Below the pieces are notes generated by a model. That model saw nothing but the letters and a program-made list of their open reading frames with translations, was not told the DNA's origin and searched no databases. Of a DNA stretch of 64,000 bases, positions 12,901 to 25,400 are shown piece after piece. The stretch lies in NCBI GenBank assembly GCA_965637545.1, contig OZ281494.1:35092001-35156000 (forward strand), read 5' to 3'. Source of the DNA: Phallusia mammillata (taxonomy: Eukaryota). Within the stretch, counting starts at the first letter, position 1, and each line of letters opens with the position of its first letter. The position numbers and the translations under genes were made by a program.

Positions 12901-15364
12901 GTGGCCATGTCAAACACCCTGGTCTGCTGTAAAGCCTTTGTAGGCCTTGCATGATTTAATTGCGATTCTACTGTGCCTTAGTTAACAGTAACTAAAATCA
13001 ATTAAGAGAAACATATTACTCAGGTTTTGGTGAGGCAGAAGAATGTTTCGATTTTAAGGTAAGGGCTCCAATAAGTCAAGATTTTGAGTTTGAATTTTCT
13101 TGTTTCGGTTTACCAAACAAAAACTACTTGCCCAACAATTAGTAAACACTCACTAGAATACTTGATTTGTGACATAACAAACTTTACTGACAACGCACAT
13201 TCGCTGTCGACCTCAACCTAATCACGCACAGACACACTGACGTTACATGCGTTTGGTGGCGCAAAAGGGCTCAGCATTGTTGTTGTAACGGATGGAAGTT
13301 GAACATTTTAGGGAAGGATAAATCACGGAGCTAACGTATATACGGGAATATTCAAAAATAATAAGGGCTAAAACTTTATTATGTTTATAAATGGGACAGA
13401 CAGACAACTAGCTAGTTACTGGTTTGAATTTATAAAAGCAAAATGGCGGCACACATTAAAAAAAGTCTTGGACATGTTGATGTACCTGAACCGTTAGTAA
13501 AGGCGTGTAGCATCAAGTAAGGTGCATAACTGGACACGTGATTTTTAACCGTACATGCTCCTAATGGTGTTGGTTCAATTCCCAGCAACTCGAAATGTAA
13601 TTTTAATTTATTGCCAGTGAAAAATCTTATGTCGGCCTTTGCTTAAGTAAGTTACTAAAAGTGCGTTCTCGGCCTAGTTGAAATAAAACTGAAAATCTGA
13701 CCGGTCAAAAAACTAAAAGGTTATTTATTGCATTAAACATTTTTTTCTGTTTGGCTTTTATAGATCAAACAATTCTCTTGTGTCTAAAGTCGTTTTTTAA
13801 ATATAAAGTTTTTTCTGACAACGAATACAGGATGAAACCTGCGGCATACAGTACCGGGCTCCACAGTGTTTTTTTTTATACATTTCAGCCGGTGGTGGCA
13901 GTTAAACTAGAACGATAATAATCGAAAAAGCATTGAATTGAAATTTGTTGTCATAAAAGTTATTCAGACAGGAATGGGTTGCATCAAAAATCCCTTGTGA
14001 GAATTTAAATCCTAAAAAAGAGTTTTGAGTTTAGATTATATTGTGGTTAAAATTACAAACCATCACCCAAACCAAAATAGGTCAGCAAAAACAGTCGAAA
14101 CGAAACAGTGTGCACCTTCCGAAGATTACTTATCATTTATTGGCTTGATGCGTTTGTATGAGTAAAATTCTACATCACCACACCGACCATGTATAGATTA
14201 GGTATTTTTCAACGGGGACACAACACAGCATACTGTTGGTTAAAGTGAAAAAAGACAACTTTTTTACTTTGCACCATGTGATAGTCTTAATATTTTCCAC
14301 GATCCGGTTGTCTTGTGTCGATAGTTTATTAAACAAAAGCAAATATTTGCGCGTTCGGTCAAGCTCAGTAGAATTTTCTCAAGTTTGAGAAATCATAAAA
14401 ACGTATGTTTCTCCCTGGCATGTTTATCTCAAGCTGTTGGGAACAAACGAGAAAATGTAGTTGTACGTCAGTGTGTGGAGGCGCCGACGAGCAAAGCCAA
14501 CCCAATACACCGTAGTTTATTTGCCATGCTGCACGCAACAGTACCACAAGGCTCCTATCGGTCTCCAATCAGTAACATTGCTCACCCACAGGCCACCTGA
14601 AACGATAGTGGGTACATGTTGGGGTAAACACAACGAAACTACTATCACAAACAAAGCTGACCGCGCTGGTGTTGTCAGAAACAACAGGCGGTCGAAATCA
14701 GCTCAACAAAATGCAAATCACCCGGCCTTAAAAGCTTATGCCTGTTTCAAGTTTAGGACCCTCGCAAGTAAAATATTTTGTCGCGTTTTTTCGTGGATGT
14801 GATATATCACGATACTGTAAAACCCCGTATGAAAAACGTGAGTTCATTTGCTTTGGTTTCATTTCACTCGACGTCAATGCCACCTGCGCGATTTCAAATT
14901 CAGGTGAAATATTGCATTGGTTCGAGCGGTTTTCGTCTGCTCATTACTGAGTGTATGGAATATCAATAAGACTTTACGTATATCTAAATATTCCGTCAGT
15001 CAAACACGAAAGAACTACTCAGGTGGCCGGAAAATATACAGCATTCTTAGTGTTTTCCCGCGACACATATAAATTGGCTCTCCAAGTTATCTTAATGTAG
15101 GAACTACAATTTTGTAACTGCATTAGCATAAAATGCATTTGTCTCAGGATTTAGGCTTGCAAGAAACTACCAACGCCATTGTTTTTACCAAGGTACACTC
15201 TGAGGCTAAAAACACCCTAAAAACTGTTCCAACAACTTAATGAGTTGGAACATACTTCTTGTCACAATAATGGGACAAACTAAGGTACTTTAGGGTTGTC
15301 GCTCACAGTTGCATGCCGGCAATTTGTTATCAAGTGCAAATACATGAAATATGAGCGATACGAA

Positions 15365-15430
15365 ATTCTATTTGAATAAGGAACTGAAGATGTCATTTAG
15401 GCGAAATATATATCTTCACATGAAACCGTA
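15365..15430 (+). mobile_element. Spliced-leader-headed hammerhead repeat, copy A1 (core intact)
   Basis: Exact ATTCTATTTGAATAAG (15365-15380), then GAA-CTGAAGA-T-GTC/ATTTA/GGC-GAAA-TATATA-TC-TTC: complete type I hammerhead core with predicted cleavage after C15414. Confidence 0.8.
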
Positions 15431-16255
15431 AATATTCTGAAGAGACAAACGAGCCAATATATTTTTTTTTAAATTACACGTTTCGACAAGTCTGTTTTCA
15501 TTTTCAAATGTAAAACCCAGGCAGCAAGTAAAACCAGTGAAAAGGCGAGAAAACATGGGTTAAATAATTTGCGACATGACCTCTAATGTTAAAATCTGTT
15601 TCGCAACTTTTGCGTTAAGTCAGCTTTCTGCTAAGTTCCGTAACTTGTCAAGCAGTTCGGAAGCGTGATATATTTCAAAACACAATGAGCTTACGGTAAA
15701 CATCCGGCGTTTGGGTTTATTTACGTCATTTGGCATTAACTAGATTAATTATGTTTCTATAAAACATAGGCACGTTGTATATGCTATTAGATTTGAGGCG
15801 GGATAAACCACCGGATTAAATGTGTTTTACTTAATTTGCAACTAACTGGTGCAAAATATCCTGTATACAAATAAGCGACACCTGCCAAAACGTTGTGTAA
15901 GGGAATGACTATATGCGGTCGCCTTGAAAGCTTGAAAAAGATATCACTTGAAATCGTTGGGCTAAATATAACACAACATAGTTTAAAACCGTGTTTCTTA
16001 TTGATTTCTTATTGAGTTGTAGTTGTTTTTGATGATAAGTTTTATATTTAACATTTTGGTCACTAAAAAATATCAAAAGTTGTAATAAATGTGGTAACAC
16101 TAAATACAAAATGGCAGGTGCCTTTATTCTTGAAAATGTCTGTACTTTGCCTTTACTATGAACTAAAACGAAAGGAAAAACATAAAATCGTAATGTACGT
16201 GATGGAAATTCATGTGTTTATCGCGCACTGTACTAGTCGCATTCAGTGTTATTTA

Positions 16256-16301
16256 CCATGATGAATTCGACCTGTATAGGACGTCGAAACGTCGGAATAA
16301 A
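16256..16301 (+). ncRNA. Degenerate minimal hammerhead motif, family B
   Basis: CC-ATGATGA..GAC-CTGTATAGGAC-GTC-GAAA-CG-TC-GG followed by AATAAA; 5' core altered; shares CCTGTATAxGACGTC with 44330-44345. Confidence 0.5.
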
Positions 16302-19300
16302 ATTACATTTGCCAGAAGAGCTATGTAAACTTGATATTATGCCGGGCAGCAATACCTTATTATACGCAATGTACGTGCTAGTTTTTTGTTGAAGTCGTCG
16401 TGACACTTTAGGTGTTTTTGTCAGTTCTCTGCCAGCTACCAGAGTTCGTGCATCTCAAACAGTAGGCCTCAACTTAATGGATAAAAGGCGTTGAACCTAA
16501 ATATGGACCCGCAAACTTCGTATGAAAGATGAAAATCACCATCAGTAGTTTACAAGACTGTCACGTTTTTTTGCTGCTGATTTTGTCGAAAATTTGATGG
16601 TAAATAGACGAGACGTTATGCAAGGAAAGATTTCTGCTTACTGCTTGGCACAGTGGGAAATGTTTTCCCGATAAAACTGCGTTTTAAGGAAAAGTCCAAC
16701 CTGTTTTTGTCGCGTAAAAATGAGTTGACATTTTTTTTCACAACATAAACATTGTTTACACTTTTCTATGAGATAAATTGGAACACTATGCTCTTTGTGG
16801 TTACTAAATGTTGTAGTATATTTTAAGAATTGTGACTAAAACAATCACAAACGGTTTTGCACAGACAATAGCTTTGGGATATCTAAAAATACAGAAATGG
16901 ACAAACATTTTCGCGCTGCCCAAGGGTTAAGTATTGTATTGTGGACCCGCCTTTAACGAAATACTAATGTTTGGTGCATACAATTTTACTACAACACAAT
17001 AGTCAACATGACGCTAATGTTGTAAGAAAGTGGAGTAGTTTTACAGTAAAAAAGTGACTAGATATAATAATGGTCAATGATACCCAAATTTCACTCATTT
17101 TGTGGAGTTTAGATAAGTAAGTAATTCGGCGTGAACCATTGTTTGCCCGCACCATGGATAAAACTGGTGACCATTTCCAGTGTTAGGAAGGCTTGTGAAC
17201 CAAAAAACTAGCAACCGGGGTTTAAGTTAAGAAAAGGCGTGGGTTAAAAACTAATTAACAGGCTTACTCGAATAATCCAAATTTAAATCCGCCTCAGGAA
17301 TGCATTAACGATCATAACTTTACCAGAAATACTAAAAAATTAAACTGTTTGTCTTGCACGGCCGCCACAGTTGTTTACAAATCTCAAACAAAAGTTTACA
17401 CTTCACGGATGAAGCTTCGCAAAAAGTAAACAACAACACAGCGAGGTTGGGCTTCGAAAAATTTCCCGCTACTCCGCTGCCGGTATTTGTTGAGCCCTTC
17501 AGCGCATGGAGAGCGGTTTTCCGGCCAAATATCACGCCTGCTTCCAGGAGCTGGCACTGGGAGAAGCGAAACTTTCTGTGAAATTACGGCGCAAATCGGC
17601 CTAACGCGCCCGCAACCGGACAGGAACGTGCCATTATTTTATGTAGGTCGTATTGAGATATCATCTCCCCACGGTAGGAAATGGTGCCGACGTTATCTTT
17701 GGCTAATTTTGCCGTGAATCAGGTATCCAATTGCCGCGGCGCGGAGCAACGGGCCCGATGTCTTATCGTCGCAATACTATTTTACACGCTGTATTACAAG
17801 CAGATGATGATAAAGCACCCAAGCAACAGTTAGGGGAACCGATCACACATAAGATTGAATGCATATTGAAGCTAAAGGTAAACTTTCTAATGCTCAATGC
17901 GACGAACTGCGGTTCATGTAAAAAGGAGATTGGATTGTAAAATGAAACCCTAAATTTGCTCGGCAACAGCGACTGTTGAAACATTTCTCCAATATGTATT
18001 TACACTATACAAGCTCGCTTGCGGTTTGTTTTTTGTTAGGCTTATTATTAAGTCCTGATTTCGCAATTCTAGGTACTTGTAACTGATAAATAAACTGGCC
18101 AATAGACAATAGTTGTTAAAAACGACATGCTAACTCCTGAAACGTTCCGATAGTGATATTGCGGTTAAGGACTAGCTTGCGTTTTACCATAACCGTTTTT
18201 CAGATAATAATACGTCTGCTCCATTTGTAGAAACTTTTCATTTTGATTATTGTAAAAATAAACAACGTAATTTGTAGATAGGTTTTGTTTTATTTTTTAA
18301 CAATTATATAACAATTATTTTATTGCTTTTTTGTATAAGAATTATTGTGGCTTTGGCGTTTGTTGCATGCGCAAAATTAAAACTCTTACGGAAACAATAT
18401 TCACGAGAAGAACTTTTCAAAAGAATCCACATCAAGATATTTACCTCAATTCGAGTTTTAGGTTAAAGTTTCAGCAAATTTCAACAAATACACGGTGTTC
18501 AATCACAAATACACGCCGAATGTTATGTGGAAATGTCATCAGGTTTCCTGCATTATTTATGCGTATTGTAAGTGCTACGACCTCTGATTCATATGTCAGA
18601 ATTCTGCAGTGATTATGGTGTGAAATCGACATAGCATTGTGATAAAGGGCTCATTGTTGCATAACTATAAAGCCACCTTTGCAGGTTTTTAAGCAAAATT
18701 GTCGTTTAAGTTGGGGGTGCCGATGCCACCTCATAGGATTTTCAAGCGTACCGCTAAAAATTCTTCTTTTTGCATACTCGTCTTACGTTTGAGGGCAGTG
18801 GCAGTGGAGTCACAAATTGATTTCGAAAAAAATTTTGGCAACAAATCAAAAACTGTGTAAACCAAAGTTGTAGAGCTTAATGACCATAAACGGGATTCCT
18901 TTATAAAACCACAAAGCCTTATTTTCTACCTGTTTTTTTTTTGTTACCAGTCCCAGCCATCACATTAGTAAGTTATAAAATGTAGAACACTTTAAGCCAA
19001 TCAGTGGAAAACAGTTAAACAAGAAGTTAGGCGAGAGAAAGAAATTTGTACTTCCACCCCAGTTTAATCTTACAAGATATATTTTCACCCTTGCATTACT
19101 CAATAAACTAAAATAACGACAATAAAAAAACTTTAACTTAAAATTCCTTATCGTGCAAAAACTGACAACGTTATCAATTGTTAAATATACTTTGCACGTT
19201 TTAAGCGTGAGTACATGCCTTGTATTTGAGGTAACCTTGCGTAAAAAACGTGCGACAAGGTGTCTCTTTTATACCTAAATGTCGTCCATGCGCTTACGCA

Positions 19301-22300
19301 ATGCATGTAGCGCAATAATGTTTATTTTATTAACGGCCTTACCCAATAATGCCGGGGCTTCCCAGCCAAACCCGCACACCTTTAATTAAATCGAGAAAAT
19401 CATTTGCAGGATTATTGCGATGTATTACGTTAAACAACCATAAGCTGACAATTAAATTTAAACAAATGTTTGATTCAAGCAAACACTTAACCGTTGTTTT
19501 GAAGGTTTTTGTACATTGGATGTTCGATGAATGTTTGAATCAAGTTTAACGGATTATCTTAACTGTATAATTGAATAAAACAGAATTTTTTAATACGCTA
19601 CACCCGGTTAACCAGATTAAATTAGAAAGTAGTTGAATAAAACATTATGACTCGAAATTAAAACAAAATTTGACCCAAAGTTGAAGTTTGAAAATTAATA
19701 TTTTTTTCTGCTTTGTGTCTTTGCCACAGCTCGAGAAGCGAAATGGTGTGTTGCTCTTGGCAAAAACAGAAACTAATTGCGCGATTTAAAATGGCTGTCC
19801 AAATTTCTCAGTTAGTACCAATAACACCAGTTTGAGCGCATAAGATTCGCTTGATAACCTGCAATATAAGTAACGACAATAGAAATATAAAAGTGTATAA
19901 ACTGTTGCTGATAGACATAATAAACTGAATAATTCTAATCAGGAAAATAACGGCCTAAATAGACTGAAAAGGCGACATGCTTTATTAATCAAACGTTTCG
20001 ATTAACGCTAATGATGTCATTAGGATTTGCCGAAACGTTTGATTTATAAAGCATGTCGCTTTTTGCGTCTATTTAGGCCGTTTTTTTTCTTTTTATGAAC
20101 AGATCTGTGTAAGGTTCTGATTCTGACTAACACTTTTTTGGGAAAAAGTGCATCAAGAATAATGTTAAGCGACCTAGTAAACAATGGGTTTTTGATTTTT
20201 ACGGCACAAAAAAGTTATTTTTCTCTACGTGGTTGTGAAATGCGTAGAAGCTTAATCATGACAAGGGCCGGATACACATGGGTCGGGATCGTCACGTCTA
20301 AATCGTGACGTCACACAGGTAGGCGAGGGCGGTTCCTGGAAGTGCTCCGTAATTGTGCCACGACTGAACGATCGTGTCGTTACTAAGGCGGGCGCCGGAA
20401 AAACTCTCCGGTTTGGAACAAACGTGGTTAGAATTTGGCGCAAGTTTAATGCCATCGGCTGGGATTTTTGAAATACGGTCGCACGTAATGCAGCCTGTCG
20501 AGTATTTGACACGTTTTTGAAATAAAATAAACACAAGAAAAATGCTTTTCATGCTGATCAAGCAAAACGCACTTTAGTGCTGGTGTTAAAATAGCCACCG
20601 TAAGTTTTAAATAGGATATCTCATTTACAGTGAATTTCTAAAAATACAGGCACAGCACATTTTGCTATATTTCGCTTCTGCATGTAAATACAGAATTTTG
20701 TTGACTGAAAAGAATCGTGAATTTCAAATGGGGCCATTATGGGCTCATATGTACAGAAAATTTCCTAAAAATACATTTTATGAAATGTCAACACGCACAT
20801 ATTTTGATAGTAAAACAAAGATTTTTGTTGACTCAAAACAAACGTTCAACAATACGTATAGTCTTGGAAACCACTCTGATCTATACTTGTCCCTATTTTA
20901 AAGATCAGAACATTCAGAAACTAAACATTCGGTCAGAGGTTGGCACAGAGTGGCGAAAAAATTATTCATTGCTAAAAATCGTTCGGGTACTTTTCCACTG
21001 AAAAGTTTCTATCTTACCGAGCGGCAGCATTCGCCAAATATGGAAATCTAGGTTGGATGAAGCTAAATTCGTTTTTACCTAATCAGTTCTATTTATAAAT
21101 GCGGTCACGCCTAATTAGTGTGGATACAAGCTGTCTTAGTTTGCAGCAGCCCATTGTCTTGAAGGTGTGTGATAAACCATTGTTACAACCATTTTTATTA
21201 CAATTTTTCGATGAGAATTCTGTGATCGCGGGTCTGCATGTCCGTTTCAGGGCTGATCCCAGTATGAATGTGTTCATCTTGGCTACTTTCATAAAATATA
21301 CATCTAATGTCCAGTAACATTTCAGCCTTTTGCAATTCCTAATAGTATTTTGGAACGAAACACAATATGGTTGTTGAATTTGTGAAACTTCCCTAAGATA
21401 CACTCTTCTCATAAGCAAAAAATATTTTTGTGGCATAAAATTGGTTGTGTGTGACGTAGTCGTGTTAAAGATACTACTTACAACCGGAGGCGTTGATTTT
21501 TCATTTTGTCGAAGAGAAAATAAAACGCGACGTCAGCTTTCTGTGTTTTTGTTGTGTTAGAGCGCGACAAAATGCTTTGTGTATAACGATGCCATATACA
21601 AGGGCACAAGCAAAACTTTAAACCAAAACCGTTATTCTGCAACAGTGCGAAAATGTGCTCTTTGCCAATTGTTTTCCATAAAACGCGTGTTTGTGCCTAA
21701 ATTTTGGAAAATCATAATTCAAAACACCTGAGATAGATACGCGAAATACATCAAATATTCAATCATATGTGTCAAAAACTCAAAACATGATTCAACAAGA
21801 TTTCCTGTAATCTTCAGGCTTCCTCAATTTACACCCAAATCACAACGAAGACTAATTTTTATTACTTTCGATTAACGCTAGCGGTTTTTACTCGCTTTTG
21901 TGAATTTGGTGTCAATTTGTATTGTGGGTTGGCGGCCAGTTAAGACCGTCAATTAAAGTCTCACTTATAATGTTGTAAGCCTGGTAGAAACATAAAGCCG
22001 GCGCCAACGATGATGAATTGATTAGACAAGAGAAAATAAAGAAAAAAGGCGGCGGCGTTTTTCTTTTTTTCGGTTCGCTCTCTCGTATTGAAGTAAAAAT
22101 CCCACGTTTCTGCGATAAAGTTTCGAGGTGATTTTAGGGTATATGAGAAGGCAGCATGGGAATTTGCTCGCGCAGATCTGTTAAGCAGTGCAGGGGGAGG
22201 TTGATGCCGTAGTTGGCCAAATAAAGTGCTTTAATTTGCTAAAATGAGTCAAATGAAATCGTGAACTTGAAAAATGTTTCGTACAAGTTTTGTTTTAGAT

Positions 22301-22430
22301 TGAAGAAAATATACAAGTTTAATTTCATTAAAATTTGGTATCGGTCAAAAATAGCTTTTATAATCATTGTCTGTGTTATCCTGTAGCAATTTAAAACTAA
22401 TTTATTGGCATTTAATATTGAAAACCGATC

Positions 22431-25400
22431 ATGGTCATCCAGCAACCACCAACCAACAGCTTCTTTCCTGGTCGCGCCAGCCTTGATTATTCAGCGGGAA
22501 ATGGGCATTCCATTCTAGGCGACACGGCACCACGATTTACCGGGGTCTACACTGCGCAGTCAAGCTGCACGGCTCTGGTTTCGCCGCCAAGATTGTGTCC
22601 ACAAGCTCCGGTTACACCGGTGGAGAACACAAACCGATACACACCAGGAATACTTGGAAGATACTCTACAGTGGTAACTACTCAATAACTTTTCGTGTGT
22701 AATTTAATTTAGGTTTATGCCTTACGTACATGACTTAAAAACCAAAATATTCTGTATCTAAATCATTGCAGAGTTTGAATGATAAAAAAAGTTTTAGGGT
22801 GATTTTTTAAACTTCTTTCGACTCGTCAAATTTATTTTTTTCAAAAAACGTGAATTTAAACGGTTTTAAAAAGCATTGATACAAAGCATCGACATTTGAA
22901 ATAGTCGCTGGTTAAGCGCATAGGGTAAATTGACGTATGCGATATGTCTCAGATTATAGAGTACCAGTTTTTTGACAGCACCTAAGACTTTTATTTGGTA
23001 CAAATGATAACCGAGGTGTTATTTTAATAAGTTTGAAATTACACTTTTAAACTAACTCGCACCTATATTAGCCCGCTACCGTCCGAAAGTCGCTGCATTT
23101 CGCAATTAGAAACAACAAGGGATTGAGACGGCTCAGTGACGGACGATCCCTTCTTGTCCGATAATTGCCACTGGACGTGTTTTGACAGCGGATTTAGCCC
23201 AACGACGAATCGCTTTCTAAATGTCGCACGAAGCTCCCTCAAGCGTAGATTAAGCTACCCCACTTAAGGGCTGACCAACTAAATAGGAATATTCACCATT
23301 TAAATAGGTGATAAATAACAAAAATGCAAACGTAAAGTCAAACAATGCTTGGTGATAAATTAAATTAACAATTCATTTTTGAATTATACAAGAAACTGAT
23401 AACAATACGTCAGAACACAGCAACAATTGTGATGGAAATGTTTTTTTCTTAATTGCGCATTTTAGTCGTTCATGCGGGGTTTACCTCACTGCTTTGCACA
23501 AAATAATTCTTTCGTTGTTTGTCGAGTTTTGTTCGTATTTCCTCAAAAACATACTGTTCGTAACATCAAGAAAAATCTACTCATTCCGGTTTTAAAGGGT
23601 TTGGTCTGTATCATCTAAAAATTTGTATTTCCTCTTTAGAGTCCTCCAGTGGACGGAAAACCTGAAGTGGGTGAAATGTGGTATGATGGTTATTTACCAA
23701 CAACGAGAAGTTACTATTCCTACAGCGGCTACGGGTGCCAGGCGAGGTAAGTTGACTCGACGCTCTTGTTCGACGTTTTACCAAATCAACTGCTGACGTT
23801 ACCCCCTAGACGCCGCAAAAAACAAGAAACTGAATAAACAGCCATTTTTGGGCAATAAGAAACATGTTTGTGCAAAAAAAACTAAATTTAAACAAATGAA
23901 TTTTTACTCCTTCCCATTTTCACACACTTTAATTTAACGGTTTCATTTGTGTTCAAGTCCGCTTTTGACAAATAGTGACTCATTTAAAAATGACAATATT
24001 CCTGTACTTAAACCAGTGCATATAGCCTATCAATCCAACCTCTTAACGAAATCTGATCTATTTGTAAAGCTAGGTGGTATACGTTATTTCACAAAAACGT
24101 TCAAATTCGTTTCATTCGATTACATTACATTCGGGTTGAGCATTCTGTTTTAATCGGAGTAAAAACAAAAGTCTATTTTAATACGACGCCATTTTGATGC
24201 TACCTTAAATCGCCAGCAATTAGGCTACAGTCGATCAGCGGCAAGCGGTTATTTAGGTTTAACACTCGCGCGGTGAAGGTCGTGTGTTCGGGCCAGGGTG
24301 GGGCCAACGACAACAAGACTATCGCTTGTCTCAGACCTCGCTACGTCCGTGCAAGAGACTGTGTGCAATTGCGCATTGCCCAAATACGCAAGCCTGCTAA
24401 TGCGCGAGCTCACAAGCACAGTAGGGTATTGTTTTGTTGTCATCATGAATCAAGTCAATCTGGATTTGACGTCTTTGTTTGTTGCCGTGTCCAGAATTTC
24501 GTGCATGGCCTCGAGCGTTATGACGACACACATGAGCGCCGCGCGGACGCGCCACTGGGTGTCTTTGCTTCCCGGCGTCGATTCCGCTATTTCGGCCACC
24601 GGTTCGGCGTCATATCGAATGTTATTGATTGACGCGTTATTGTTTTGTTTGCGGTATCGGTGCGTCTTCAACATAAGTGCCATGCGTCTCAAGCAACGCT
24701 CCGCTCATAAACGCACTAATGTAATAGATACAAGTCACTACCTCATGGTTCATTATCCGAATGTTAAATGGTCTGACTTTGTTAATTTATCTTTAGATTG
24801 AACTCTCACCTATTTACTGAACCTAATTAAGGATAAGAAACACAAATGTAATAGCACGATTGGAGTAAAAAAATCGGTTGCGGTAGGGATTTAATCCTGA
24901 TGAATTTATCGTAAGCCTGCCCCCTCCCAGATGACACGGCCGCAAAGTTTCCGTATCCGTAGATATAACTAATCATACTTAATCTCAGATTTGCACCGAC
25001 CTCCATGAACGACCCTGGGCACCGTAAAAATGCCACCCGCGAGTCGACGAGCACTTTGAAAGCGTGGTTGCAGGAACATAGCAAGAATCCATATCCGAGC
25101 AAAGGAGAAAAGGTTATGTTGGCTGTCGTGTCAAAGATGACTCTGACCCAGGTAAATGGCTCGGTAATAAAAAGCTTCAAAAAAGAATTCAAATAACCTA
25201 AGTTGTTTGCTCAGAATATCAAATAAAAACTTTAAATTCTTGTAGGGTAATGTAAAATTTTTATGTAAAATAAGTTTTAGTTTTGGTGCTAATATTCGCA
25301 TTTCGTCATTGGGCCGTAGCGTAAACGATGCGAGTAAAACTTTTTCCGAAACCTATCTATCTTTCACGGCGAACTAGGTTGCTGCGGTATTGTGATCGAA

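Noticed and set aside
12860-13590. tRNA genes
   Set aside because: Only isolated B-box-like motifs; no cloverleaf or acceptor stem could be formed.
15365-15430. Functional SL RNA gene
   Set aside because: None of the four SL-like copies is followed by the GT donor (GA, AA, AT, AT) and no Sm-site-like motif is evident; treated as retrocopies or pseudogenes instead.
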